This document shows, piece by piece, positions 50,245 to 63,333 of a stretch of DNA of 64,000 bases; within the stretch, counting starts at the first letter, position 1; each line of letters starts with the position of its first letter. A model generated the notes under the pieces. It did no database searches and was not told the DNA's origin. It worked only from the letters and a program-made list of their open reading frames with translations. A program made the position numbers and the translations under genes. The stretch comes from Owenia fusiformis (lineage: Eukaryota). Location: the NCBI GenBank assembly GCA_903813345.2, contig CAIIXF020000001.1, forward strand, positions 39,804,001 through 39,868,000, in the 5' to 3' direction.

Positions 50245-51672
50245 ATGGGGATGGTTGCAAGAGGTGGTCTAAAGAACCACACACGAGATGACCCCACAAT
50301 TCTTAACAGAAAGCTGAAAAGGAAAAAGAGGAGGACCAGCAAATATAGGTTTCACCTTCCATTTCTTTGGCGCGCCTGTGTTGCATGTATCTTGGGATTG
50401 CTGATCATCGGCGGAGGTGGAGCCATGTGTTCTTTTGGGTTCTTGGCAGATGAGTATTCGACATCTGAACATATAAATAAAACAACAAAGGCACGCTATG
50501 ACATTGTCGATCATCAGTTGAGGAGTCATTTGAAAAACTCGGTTTATGGAGGTGCAGTGTTAATGGGCTTTGGTCTGTTCGTCATTGTGGTATCTTGCGT
50601 AATCGTATGCGATGAAAGAGACCGACAGATTAAAGAAATGGAAGAAGCTGATGTTGAACGAGAAAAGAACAAACCAAGTTTTTACGATGCTATTATCGGT
50701 CAGTTTAGAAATATAAAAGACGTTACTCAAACAAATTGTCAGGACAATTTAGGTTTTCAAGGTGACGTATCGAACAGATTAAGCGTGACACCTCGACCTG
50801 GTCCGAGTTGTACATCTGGTTCGTTGTCCCCAAGTAGCGCCAAATACATCCTCCCAAGACAGTCCTTAGATTATTTAAGTGAGAATGATACGGATTCGAT
50901 GAACAGCGCTTACCCTCATATGGATATCGTTATTACTGATGCGGATAAAGAACCAAGGAGTAAATCTTTAGATTTTACCAAAATTCGAGAAAACTCTCCG
51001 GATATCTTAAATGAATCTATGAAATTCCCATCCATGTCGTGTCTACGGGAGGATATCGTACCGAACTTCTTGGAGCAAAAAAGACCCAAGACCACTGCTG
51101 GAAAACATTGCATAAGGGAAATATACTCTCCAGATTTGAGACGGCCAAAAACAGCTCAAATCGATGGCCATGACAACAAAATCGCTAGTGCAACGAACAT
51201 TGATCGTTCAATTATAGCTAGAAAAGATCAACTGAGACCCAAATCTATGATGGGTATCAGACCAATGTATTCGCAAACAGGGGACGTATGTCTGTTTAAC
51301 ATAGACGAATTCGATACAGACTCTATTGATGATGATATGTCCATAAATGGTACCATAAATGGTAATACATCGCCCCAAGTATTACAGATTCATCCTGATG
51401 ATGATTTTGAAATAATGGAGAACAGGTCTGACAAGTGCGAATCCTCTTCCGATGATACTTATGCGGTTGGTGAAAATAATATCCAAATAGAAAAAGAACA
51501 AGACGGATATACTTTGGAGGATGCTGTTTTCGTGAAACAAACAAAAGGAGTAACTTTGCGTTCTTCAACTAATGAAACTAGGACTGGGAGAAATAGACAC
51601 AACAGGACAGAGAGTATTGCCTCATCTGATACTGATGGGGCCAAAACTAACCTTACTAATGTAACCATTTAA
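50245..51672 (+). CDS. TMEM200-like (DUF2371) transmembrane protein, 475 aa, single coding exon
   Basis: Long ORF: MxAxGG start, basic patch, TM1 (ACILGLLIIGGGGAMCSFGF), TM2 (GAVLMGFGLFVIVVSCVIVC) followed by DERDR, then a long disordered Ser-rich tail. This matches the TMEM200 architecture. Confidence 0.8.
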   Translation: MGMVARGGLKNHTRDDPTILNRKLKRKKRRTSKYRFHLPFLWRACVACILGLLIIGGGGAMCSFGFLADEYSTSEHINKTTKARYDIVDHQLRSHLKNSVYGGAVLMGFGLFVIVVSCVIVCDERDRQIKEMEEADVEREKNKPSFYDAIIGQFRNIKDVTQTNCQDNLGFQGDVSNRLSVTPRPGPSCTSGSLSPSSAKYILPRQSLDYLSENDTDSMNSAYPHMDIVITDADKEPRSKSLDFTKIRENSPDILNESMKFPSMSCLREDIVPNFLEQKRPKTTAGKHCIREIYSPDLRRPKTAQIDGHDNKIASATNIDRSIIARKDQLRPKSMMGIRPMYSQTGDVCLFNIDEFDTDSIDDDMSINGTINGNTSPQVLQIHPDDDFEIMENRSDKCESSSDDTYAVGENNIQIEKEQDGYTLEDAVFVKQTKGVTLRSSTNETRTGRNRHNRTESIASSDTDGAKTNLTNVTI

Positions 51673-52004
51673 ACATTATAACACAATCTCTTAATGGTGG
51701 GCTAAAATAGTATACCCAAATGGAAAAGTGAAATGAAAGTGTATTAATCTTAGATGATGCGTCAGTACATCATTGTATTTGTGAAGATAATTGAATTCCG
51801 AATTCTCCATAATTTGATGTGAATGAGATCTCATGAACGGGAACACAGATATGTCGCGCGGGGTATGGTCCGTTTTCTGACGAATGATATTAACTTCTTC
51901 AGAGACCCATTGTGTATGTTTTAGATTCTATACATCCTTACTTTAAATACGGCAGTATGGCGTCATCTTGCTTGAAATTTAATTTTCGTTAAAATGATGT
52001 CATA

Positions 52005-52499
52005 CACTGGTGATCCGCTCGATTCGGTAGCAAAATGTCGGAACGTCGAACGTACGATGTTTCTTTTTTCCTCATTTCACGCGTTGTAGGTAGAATCCCA
52101 ACGACATTTATTCTCACAAACATACAATCAGTATCATATGTTTTAGAAAATGCACATGTTTGCGAAAAATAGCTCAGAAGACAACAGAATCGTCGATTTA
52201 ATTCCTCACTTAAGTTACATAAACGGTATGGGTTAAAAGGGCAGATCTTAACTGTTTTTCGAAAAACCGTTTATATGTAACTTAAGTGAGGAATTAAATC
52301 GACGATTATGTTGTCTTGTGAACTACGTGTTCGCAAATATGTACATTTTCTTAAACATATATGATACTGATATACGTTTGTGATAAGAATGTCGTGGGAA
52401 TTCTGACAACGTGTGAAATAAGGAAAAAAGAAAAATCGTACCGTCGATGTTCCGACATTTTCGTTTCGGTAACCAGCGTATTTGAGTGTATCACCAGTG
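52005..52499. mobile_element. Foldback MITE with ~220-bp inverted arms, ~40-bp spacer and CACTGG termini
   Basis: aatcgtcgatttaattcctcacttaagttacataaacggt / accgtttatatgtaacttaagtgaggaattaaatcgacgatt; ends CACTGGTGAT...ATCACCAGTG; flanks tcata/tcaaa. Confidence 0.88.
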
Positions 52500-55400
52500 T
52501 CAAACGAAATATAAATTGAATAATGCACAAAAATAGATTAATTGTACACATAAAACCAAGGATTTAAATGGACTTAACAACGGATGAGGATTATACATCA
52601 ATTTCAAATATAATGCAATGGAATATCAATTTTTACTGCAAATCATTCACATCATAAAACTGACCCCAACTCAAAATCAGTTACAATATTGGATCAAAAT
52701 GAGATCGTATTAGTTACATATTATGTACAAAAATGCTGGGAAACGAATAATCGTTAATATGATACACGATCTTTATTGCATCTTGAATATCTGTTCTATC
52801 AGTTTTAATTTGATATTGTTTTGTATTGGCTTGCAATGTATATATTTTGGAAATTAGAATCCCTCTATATTTGGTCTTAATATGTAGTCGATATCTAGAA
52901 AAGTACTTAATGGGCTGTTTGATTTTATTGAGAATATGGGATTTAATCTTTGATGGCTTGCGGAAGAATATTTCTGATCGGATGTACTAGTATAGTACTC
53001 CACTGATAGTAATGTTAACACGTCGCATGCCATTCTTGTAACCAGGAAACTAAAACCCTGAAGCATAATCAATATAAAGGATTATGGTTATGAGTTATGA
53101 CAACATGTGTACGTATACGTGTTCGGTGTTTAAATTTTATGTAAAATATATTTGTTTGATCCCTTAATTAATGTGGAAGCAAATAACAGTGAGTGCATTT
53201 CACTTACAATCCTAATTTTATCATAACCTGAAAAATTAATTGGTATGATCTGATCGAATATGGAAGATAATTTTTGTGAATATTTACATATAGGCATTGT
53301 TTCATCTCTGGAATATTCAGATCAATAACTGGGGTCGCCCCGACATGTGGTTTGTTGGCTCTCAAGTTATTGTGCTGTAGTATGTTGTAAGACATGCTCT
53401 ATTTGTTACTTTTTACTTTCCCTTGTCATCATTGATATGTTCGATCACTTGTTCAGCGACTTAACGTGAGGCATATACATATAATGATTACTGAACAAAT
53501 AAATTGCATTCATAATTTTGGACAGAGAACCTCTTTAAATCAATTAAATAAATTATGGTTCGCTGCTTGCTAAGCAAATAATTAGTCCGATCAATGAGAT
53601 GCCCTGAACAGAAATTCCAATACTGAGAATGATCCTCAGGCACTTCATGGCTGAATACATAATGTCGATTAGTTTTAATGCGAGGCTAATGTAATCTGTT
53701 AATCCACTCTAGTATCACGTTTCCATAGCAACGTATTCAACAATAGACAAAGGCCTTTATTTCATATCTAATGACGTTCATCCTGATAATTATAAGCCAC
53801 TGCAAGATTGATGGTGCCCGTATACGACGAGAGGGTGACAACCGTATCAAAATAATGATAGCTAACAATGCTAACACATGGAGAACCATCAGTCAGTCAC
53901 TGATTGTGATCCTGTTTTTTATGTCTCTGGTGTATCCTAGGTGTAATGTGTATGCGATAGTATAAAAAATAAATGTAAATGAGATACGTGTTTTAAAAAC
54001 AACTGAGTTAAGGCCCGGGCATATAGACTTATTATATGCTTGGTCTTTATTTTATAGCTTACATCATTGATAATGAAGTGATAATGATTTAAGTACGACA
54101 AATATCTCAAATAATTGGCCTGAAAATCATACTATGGAACCATTACATCTACCTAAGATGAAGCCATGACAGAGTGGAACCTACCTGTACTTTTAGCAAT
54201 ATTGTCAAAATTGTCTCTTGACCAGTTTGGTAATTCTTAACAAATTCCTGATTATATTAAAAACTTTCTGCCCAGCTGATTGAAGGAATTTGAAAGTGAA
54301 ATTATGAATTACATGTAGGAACCATATCCGACGTATGCTACAAAAAACTTTATTCTGACGCAAGGAGAATTGGCAGCCATTATTCAAACTCGATACTCTA
54401 TTGCCCAGCTTGGAACAATTTAGTAAAATATTTCTATAAAATCCTCTTTGGCCCAGGTATTTCGTTTAAAGATGAACATTACGAATACTATGGTTATATT
54501 CAAGTTTCATTGGCAGTTATAATCTTCAAAATATGAGTAATACTGTTACCAAATTGGTACACGCCGGGCAACGGAGTATCGAGTTTAAATAACGGCTTCC
54601 TTTCCAATCCTCCTTGATTCTGATGCTACAAAGCCTGGGGAAAATCGATCACTTGGAAACCTTTGTTTTAAATTGATACATCTTGAGATAAACATATAAG
54701 TGATTCTTCGATGCCGAACCATGTATTGAAGACCAACGATGGGTTCCAATATGGACCTGCCAACGGAATACATTTGGCATCTATAAATTCTTAGACACCA
54801 AAATGATAGAAATGTTGTCCTAAAGCATTGAAATACCTTCAAATTTTCTAATTTCAATACCATTTGCAATGAATAGTGTCATTTCGCATCTTAAAGACAT
54901 CTTCATTTACATTTTCTATCTATATCTGTATACTGTCTCTGTATTCCTGGGTATGATTTAAGATTTCCATCTTTTACTCAGCTTTCCAATATAATTGAAC
55001 GTTTCAGCAATGTCATCAGAAAGAGGATGATAAGCCTAACAGTAACTATAAAAGATGGCGTCATCACAATTTCTACAGTTCTGTAAAGGCAAACGCGATT
55101 AAATCAATATCAAGGTCAACTTATTATACCGTACATTTATTGAAGAGTTCTTACACAAGGTACATATCATGTATCTATCAACTTCACAGACACTTACTTG
55201 TTCGATCCTGTGACCGAACTGAGTATTTATCTAACGCTAGGTCTCTTTGCACTAACTGGTCACTGTATCAAGCGAAGGTTACGGCCGTCACATTCGCATT
55301 TTGTTTCGATTTCGATATTTTTAGTTTTCATCGAATTAAACTACTTTAAAGTTGACGTAATGCTTTCAAATTGATATTTAAACTAAATCCGACGTATTTG

Positions 55401-56143
55401 ACATGGAAACTCTGGATTAGTTCAAATATGAAAGCATTGCGTCAACTATAAAGTAGTCACTCCCCGTCCGTCATCTTAAATACGAAGTTGACTGGCATTG
55501 GAAAGTGTCTAACGTCTAAGTATAATCATTCACTTCTACATGGTTCTGTTTCTGAAATTACTACATCTAAGAAAAATAGAGTATAAAAATAGTAAAATAG
55601 TGAATGTTGGAAAGTGCCTAAGATGAATAAAATTCTTTTCTTCAATGAAAAGATCAACGCATGAGCAGGCAAGACGGTGAAATGGGCCCTAGGAAAAAAA
55701 TGTACATTTGAAATGTTCATATGAAAAACGTGTATGTGGTCCCTTGGGAGGGAAAGTCATAAAACATGTTTGGTTCCTTGGAAGCTATATAACGTTTCAT
55801 CAACCACTGCATAATGTATTTGTTGCTCCTCGAAACGAGACAGCCATCCTGTAACAACTAGCTAATCTTCAATTTAAGAAGTGCTGTTTTAGCTGTAAAT
55901 ACACATTCATCTACTTTCAGAATAGCCTTGTTATATGGTAACATATCAGTCCTTCAGTGGACCACATAATCATTGCAAAAATCAATCATCTCAGCAACAA
56001 ATCTTCCAAGGACAGTTCCTTATTGTCACATTGATTATATATACTGCCAAATATGGATCCTCGTACATCATGTAATTAAACAAAAATGATGTTCAAATAT
56101 CGAATGAGGTGATGATCCTTTTTGAATACATCAACTTGTGTCA

Positions 56144-59100
56144 TTACATTGTATTATTATTTGCCTTGCTTTTATTAATTGGTGTCATCAGGAGTACTTC
56201 GCTGCTGGAGTTAGCCTCTGATTCTGCAATTAGTTTCGCTCTTCTGTTTAAACTCTTTGCAGGAGTATCGAGACTGAAACACACGCCTCCATCACTGTCC
56301 AAATCAGACTTTGCAGGAGAGGGAGGAGCGGGGTTGCCAGACAGTGTTTTCTTCAAAGTTTTCCTTCGTATCAACTTCATACTTCTAGATTTTCTTGCTG
56401 AAAGGTTAGATTTAGTTCTTGCGTGGCGGTAAAACAATGCAAAGTTATTTGATATAACTGGAATAGTAAGGGCGACTAGGAGCAGGCCAGAAAGGGCACA
56501 TAGTGCTCCGATCACATATCCGAAAGCGCTCCTGGGATGAACATCTCCATAGCCTACGGTTGTCATGGTGATTATTGCCCACCAGAACCCCAATGGAATA
56601 GTCTCAAAACTGCCGTTGGCCGTAGATTCACTGAGATGACCTTCGATGTAAAATATCAGCGTAGAGAACACCAACATAGCAATAAGCAGAAAGATTGCCA
56701 GCATGAGGAGTTCCTGGACACTAGCTTTGATAGCATGGACGAGGATGCTCAGAGCCTTGTAATGTTTGACTAAATGGAAAATACGAAAAATACGAATGAT
56801 CCGAAGAATAAAAATCAGCTCGAGTACGGCTTTATGGTGGCTAATACAGTTGTCAGGTGCAGGGGCATAGGTGAGAATAACCTGCACATACAGCGGTAAT
56901 AGGGCCACAATGTCTATGATGTTCATGAAACTCTTAAAGAACTCCAATTTCTTAGGAGCGAATACAATGCGAACAATGATTTCAATCGTGAAGAAGACGG
57001 TGCACATCATGTCCATGTTTTGTAAGGATGGAATAGCCTTTTCCAGCACAATTGTTTGGTTTTTGCCTTCGCAAACGCTTGTGATGTTGTCCTTAATCTG
57101 AAGTATCGGTAGTGTTTCAAGACAGTAGCCACTGATAGATGCCATGACGAACACAAATGATGTCACTGCATAGAACTGCAAGGAAAAAAACAAAATGAGT
57201 TGAGCTACTAATAATGATTACTTTATGAAAATGAGGGCATTCACTTAAAAGATCATTATTATGTAGAGCTGAGAATAGCCATTACCGATATTACAACCTT
57301 ACATTATGATCCTCGTTGAACTAGTAATTTAGTTTAAGAATCAAGCTATCAGCTTCCACACCTGCTTTAACACATTTAAAGGTATTTAAGCATGACAAAA
57401 TATCACCACCTTGCTTCAATTAAGGTGGTGATAGTGTAAATGATAGTGTAAGTGTTAGTGTAACAATTGTTACAAACGCCGAACGCACAACACTGACTCC
57501 GAACACCGGTTACAAAAAACGATAGGTATAACAATATATCACCAATTTATCGCATGATGATGAACATTTTATAATATATGCCTAAGAAATATATTACCTC
57601 TAATCTAAATCATACCAATGTACCCTTAGGTTACAAATAACTGATGAATCAAATGTTATGAATGCGTTACACCTACTCTACCCAGGGGTTCAAGTTTTAC
57701 AACACCGTTTCCAGGCAGTGCTTCGCTGAGGGTTACCACTCGAAATATATCACGCAAAACTTTCATAAAACACTTTTGCTCAATTACACCGGTACTGCTT
57801 TATATTTTATGTTTTGTTATCAGTTTCCCCTGGGTCTCTTATGAATGCCACAACTGTCCACAAATTAACTTCAAGCTATTCATTGATTGCTAAAATAATA
57901 CATTAAAACTATAATGATATTTCAGAACTTGCATTGAATCCCTCGATACCCTATTAATTGTTATAATGGAATAGTTTATAAAAACATACCGATGATGCCA
58001 GTGACATTACATACACTCTCCACCATACAAAAAATGTTGTAGGCTATTAATATATAATATAACATAATTTAGTCATCGTCATTCGCCAATTATCGAACAG
58101 CGTCATGTATGACTAAACCCTATCTATAATTCATAGTTTCCATATATATAGCTCTCTATTGTAAAAACATAATTTAATATAATACTTTTAACAATGGGAA
58201 CACATCAATTCTCCAACTATAAAAAATGTCCTTGTGGAAGTCACAAGTTATTACATAAACCCAGCGCAAACGCATTTTCCTCTTCATTGGGTTGCGCAAA
58301 GGGCAATATTGACCCGTGTCGCACAAAGGGCAGTTGATCAGTGTTACACAAATGGCAATTGACCTGTGTCACACAGACGCCAATTAGTCTGTGTCGCAAA
58401 AAGGACAGTTTACCTGTGTCACACAAACGACAGTTAACCCGTGTCGCACAAACGGCAGTAGACCCGAACCACACAAACGACAGTAGACACATACTGTACA
58501 AACGGCAATTGACTCATGTCAAACAAATAGTTGCCTTGTATCGCACAACAGGTACTTGGCTTGTATCGCACAAATGGTATTTGACCTGTGTCGCACAAAG
58601 GGAACTTGGCCTGTGTCGCAGAAAGGTTACTTGGGCTGTGTCGAGTAAGGGGTATTTGGTATTTGGCCTGTGTCGCACAAAGGGCACTTGAATAACACAA
58701 ACCGCTGTTGACCGTTGGCGCACAAAATGCAGTTGACTTGGCGACTGGCGTACAAAGGGCGGTTGCCACGTATCTCTAAGGACAGTTGGCGAAAAGGGCA
58801 ATTTTCAACAGATGTCAGAATAGATGTTCAGAGTTACCTGGAAACTTGCCTGGTTTATTCGAGGAAGGTTTGAAAGGGCAATGAATATGAGATAAGTCTC
58901 AAATGATGTTATGAGAGCCCTCAGGAATCCAAAGGTCGAGATGATCAATGATAAATATAGAAAAAAAATCTTCAATTATGTGCGCTGTAACGCAATTAAT
59001 GGGAAATGAGAATCTAAATAGACTGCTATGATGTTTTATTATGGCAAATTAGGTTAATATAATATGTGCAGAGCAGTTGCATTACGACAAGACTAAGTAG

Positions 59101-60139
59101 TATATATCAGAAGTAAAGACTACTGCAGCACGAAGATAGCACAAGAACTTAAAATTAGGGACTCGATGACAGCTAATATATACTTTCATTTGTTTCCCTG
59201 CTTCGGCATTGGAAGGTTTATTACCATGGCATGCGTAGAACCCTTTATAATTAGGTTGAGAGAGGCATCTCATGGTTACTCGCCAATAGCACTATTATTT
59301 TGTAGTTCGGACACGTTTTCCAAAAGGTCGTTAATTCAAGCATAATTAGCTAGAGTACATGCACAGAGAAAGCCAATGGATCTAGACAGTACTAGATAAG
59401 AAACATGAATTGAAGCAATTAAGTTAACTGATGGCCTATTTCACGGAACAAATGAGTGCCCGGCTTGATGTAATGAGTACTTCGGAAACACTAGAGTATA
59501 CCTTGTTTTTTGTAACAAGCAGTTCTCTCTGGGAATGGAGAATCTGCTCCATTGGACAAATCGGTTGAACGTATGCGACAAGTTATCGTTTATATATGAG
59601 CTGCTATAACAGTTCTCTCAGAAACTAAACCGACGACACTGTGCACTGCTTAGGCCAACGCTTGGACCAATCTACCTCACTTTGTATTTTGTTTAATACC
59701 ATTTGAGACATTGCAATGCAATGTTTGTGGTTAAATAGTTTTCTCTGACATTTTAACAAATGTATTGGACAAAATATGGAATCGCACTCACCAGGAAAGT
59801 CATTTGGTCCCCACGTGTTGTACCCCCAGGGTTGTACCTTAACCCGCGCGTTCAACTGTCTCGCGTAATTGGTACAGCCCCCATGTTTATTTCTGATACG
59901 CCGACAGCCCATACTCGACATCCTCGCGGTCACCGCGCGATAACAACTACGTGCGAACGTACACCGTATGTACATTTACGTACCATTGCATATCTAGATG
60001 AGCGTGGGTGGTCGAGGACTAGCCACACCTTCCACTGAAGTTCCGTCCACCTTGTTGTACTGTTTTCTCTCTGCAGTCGAATCGTTTCTTTCAGTGTATC
60101 GTCGTTCATCAGACTGTCATTAAATTCAGCAAGAATCAT
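56144..60139 (-). CDS. Voltage-gated potassium channel, Shaw/Kv3-like (5'-partial; T1-domain exon not found in the window)
   Basis: Exons 60139-59984 (..KVWLVLDHPRSSRYAM) and 57175-56144, phase 0. S1-S6 with FFTIE, NIIDIVALLPLY, S4 RIIRIFRIF, ASVQELLML, and pore IPLGFWWAIITMTTVGYGDVHP. Confidence 0.93.
58310..58800. repeat. Degenerate ~26-bp minisatellite (TTGACCTGTGTCGCACAAAGGGCAG) in the Kv intron
   Basis: Core tgtcgcacaaa recurs about every 25-27 bp. Confidence 0.85.
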
Positions 60140-60755
60140 CTAGAAATAAGTAGTATTCAAATTATCCACATATGTTTGTGTTTTAAGATCTAAATTTATG
60201 ATGAAGAAGACTTCTTTATCCTAGGCTCATCTGAGTATAACTCATTTTATGAATATAGAATAGAAATACCAGTAGTACCTGATTATCAATGTAAGAACTA
60301 TATTTGGTCCAGCAACAGGGCAGTATGTTTGATTCATCAATCTGCCAAAAGTCAAGTTCCCTTTTTACCAAGGCTCCACAAACATCCATCGGAACGTGTA
60401 GTTCACCTAAACAAATTTACCATATTTCAAAATCTAGCTCTAATTTCAGTATATCAATTCAATATATCCAATCTTAGAAGTTCTCATCATGACTTTGGAA
60501 AAATGGCAAATGTATGCTCATGCCTTCACAAATGTGGACTCGAAATTGTCAAAATATTTTTCAATTGTGGTCTCAACTTGAACTAACCTAAATGTTAACA
60601 TTCTCCATTTCTTAGGTAACATTCAAATTGACAAAAAATGGTCTGATCAAAACACTTTTATTTGGTCATCAAGATCCTCAATTTAAAAGAATATTTTGAT
60701 TTTTACTGGTATCAAGTTTTTTTATCAGCCAATTCCACTTTTTAAAAATGCTTAA

Positions 60756-61587
60756 AGTCCCCGTCTAAAGTTTGAAAATATTTTTTTATTATTCATTTAC
60801 TATTTGTCAGGACTTAAAAAGTGATTTTAGAGATTTTTGAACAAAAAAAGTTTTTGAACAAAAAGTTGTGAGCATTTCATTTCTCAAATATTCAAATTTC
60901 CCGCCATTTTTCCAAAAAAGTTGAAATTTCTTAATCATCAAATATTTCTTAATGCATTTCAAAAAAGATTATCTTTTTAACACCAATGCAAAGATTGAAC
61001 AAAAGACACACTATTTCAATAATAAAATGTCATATTTAATGGGCCACTTCAATGTTCTAGCTTATCAAAAATATTTTGAAACATTAGTGATGTCACTAAG
61101 GTAACAAAAACTTTTTGAAAAAAAAATTGAATTTTTTTTCGATGTCAATCTTTTCTAAACATGCTAGACTTTCATAAAAAACCAATGTTGATTGTCTAAC
61201 CAGGTTAAAAGGAAGAATAAATTATGTTTTAGATATCATTGTACCATTGGTTTCTATGAGAACTAAAATTTTGAAATGCATTTTTCTCAGAACCATTTTC
61301 ATGCATCGATAAGTTCATTTCTCGCATGTTTATCAACCGATTTTCTTAATTTTTTCGGCAAAAAACATGGGAGGATGAATGCTATGCATTGGTATGAATT
61401 GTGGCTAATTAGAAGATATGAGTGACCTCTTAAAGTTGGTTTTAAATAAATTCACAAATTTTGGAACAAAAAGTCTATCAAAAACCACTTTTTGAAATTT
61501 AAAAAAAAAGTTTCACATATCACACTTTGATAACATTGGGTAAGACTACAATATAAGCCAAAGTGGTTTAAACTTTACATGGGGCCT
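60756..61587. mobile_element. Kolobok-like (TTAA) MITE
   Basis: TTAA|AGTCCCCGTCTAAAGTTT...AAACTTTACATGGGGCCT|TTAA. Confidence 0.75.
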
Positions 61588-63118
61588 TTAAGATTGCCTC
61601 CCCTCACTCCACCAAGAGGAGATAAAACCACATGATTCAATTGATGACATACGATTTCCTCCTAGTTGACCTAGTTTTAAACCAATCAACGATCAACTCG
61701 CTAAACCAATCAGCGACGATGTCATCTCAATACAGATTTACATGATAAGCGTATGTCATCTTTGAACCCTGGGGTTTCTCCCTCTCTTCACTCCACCAGA
61801 TCCTTTTGATATACAGAGTGTCCTCATAATGCTAACTTCATAGCGATTTGTCACTCTCATATATATATATATCGTGACCATTGTATTAAATTATGAAATA
61901 ACTGAAATACAACATAAAAAAATAAGTTTGGAAACCGGAAGTTCCATTTCGGATCACTTCGCAAAGCCTCTTTTCGGTGATTTCAAAAAGTCTTAAATTT
62001 GTAATTAAGAAATAGAAAGATTCAACCATTTACAGGCTTTGGTCTGCTATTAATGAAAACTTCCGTTTCCCAAATTTATGGAGGGGAGTGTACGTTCCTT
62101 TCATTATAAGTTTTAAGTAACAAACAGGTAATTGTTATAATAATTGTGTAACAATTTTTATTTTCTAAAATACAGGTGGCATAAACAAAACGGGAATATA
62201 CACAATTTGTGTCACCCGTTTTATTGTTAAATATAGTTAAGATAAAATTATGAATAAATTGATGAATAAAAATAAAAAGCATGCAGTTCTGAAATTTTTA
62301 AATAACTTTCTCAACGAAGATGGATTTTTTTGTGTATTGAAAATGTGTGAAACAGTAGACTGTACAATGTAGCATCATACTCATCTACATAATATATGTT
62401 TCATTTTGGCATACTCATCGTATCGAATTATTTGATACAAAATCACACATTGAAATGAAACGCAAACGCAAATTAAACGTCTAAAATCCAAGAAAGTTAT
62501 TTCGGTAATAAACGAAAATGACTGTTACATTTTTGTGTCAACTGAAGCGTATTTACTTGTTTCGGACAAACCTTGATTTCTTATTTTGTGCCACGTTTCT
62601 CTGCCTCGACGATATTTTACAAGATTTTTAAAATTATAACGACATATCTGTAAATTTTATTTGGAAAGAAAACAGTGTCAATCAGTGAGAGGCCGTCTGA
62701 TTTAATCTACATTAATTTAACTTGACGCATTTAATCGATTTGCGATGTTAATTTGCACATCGTGTACATACGATTTCCAGATTTTTTGTTCAATTCACAT
62801 TACCATACGTAATTGGATAGCGGAAAGTGATAACACAAATAAATCTCCAGTAGACAGATTTCATCCACCAAACGCAGGGCGCCATAAAACGTCCACTCTG
62901 TTCTCTCCTTTATACAGAGTGGATGGTGTCCGGAGTCACGTGTTCCGAAATAGACAGATTCAAATATTAAGACTGAAAATAGTATTAATTTATATTGGCA
63001 TAGTCTTGGCTTTTCAATACCATAATTATATAACATTCATCACGCACCAAGATAGACCATCTAGGTGATCCCGATTCTAGGTGTTTTTGTTATATCTTTA
63101 ATCTCAACTCAATAACTC

Positions 63119-63333
63119 CATAGGCGTAGCTACTAGCCAGGGGTTGCGATGGGTGCGATCGCAGAAGAAGAGAGCTTTAAAATGCTTTTACAGTAGCTCA
63201 ATTTTGAAGGAAGTTGCATCAATCTTTGTAAAATTCAAGATAAATGGTTATGCCACAATCACCCCCCCCCCCTTACTGAAAACCGCGATCGCACCCCCCC
63301 CCCTCCCCTGACTGAAAGCTGGCTACGCCCCTG
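63119..63333. mobile_element. hAT-like MITE; a 3'-end fragment also lies at ~42783-42827
   Basis: ggcgtagc...gctggctacgcccctg; shares the tail atcgcacccccc..tgactgaaagctg.ctacgcccctg with ~42783-42827. Confidence 0.65.

Noticed and set aside
58241..58801. Cys-rich ORFs, or a CRISPR-like array
   Set aside because: Degenerate minisatellite whose variable parts are homologous to each other; no coherent protein.
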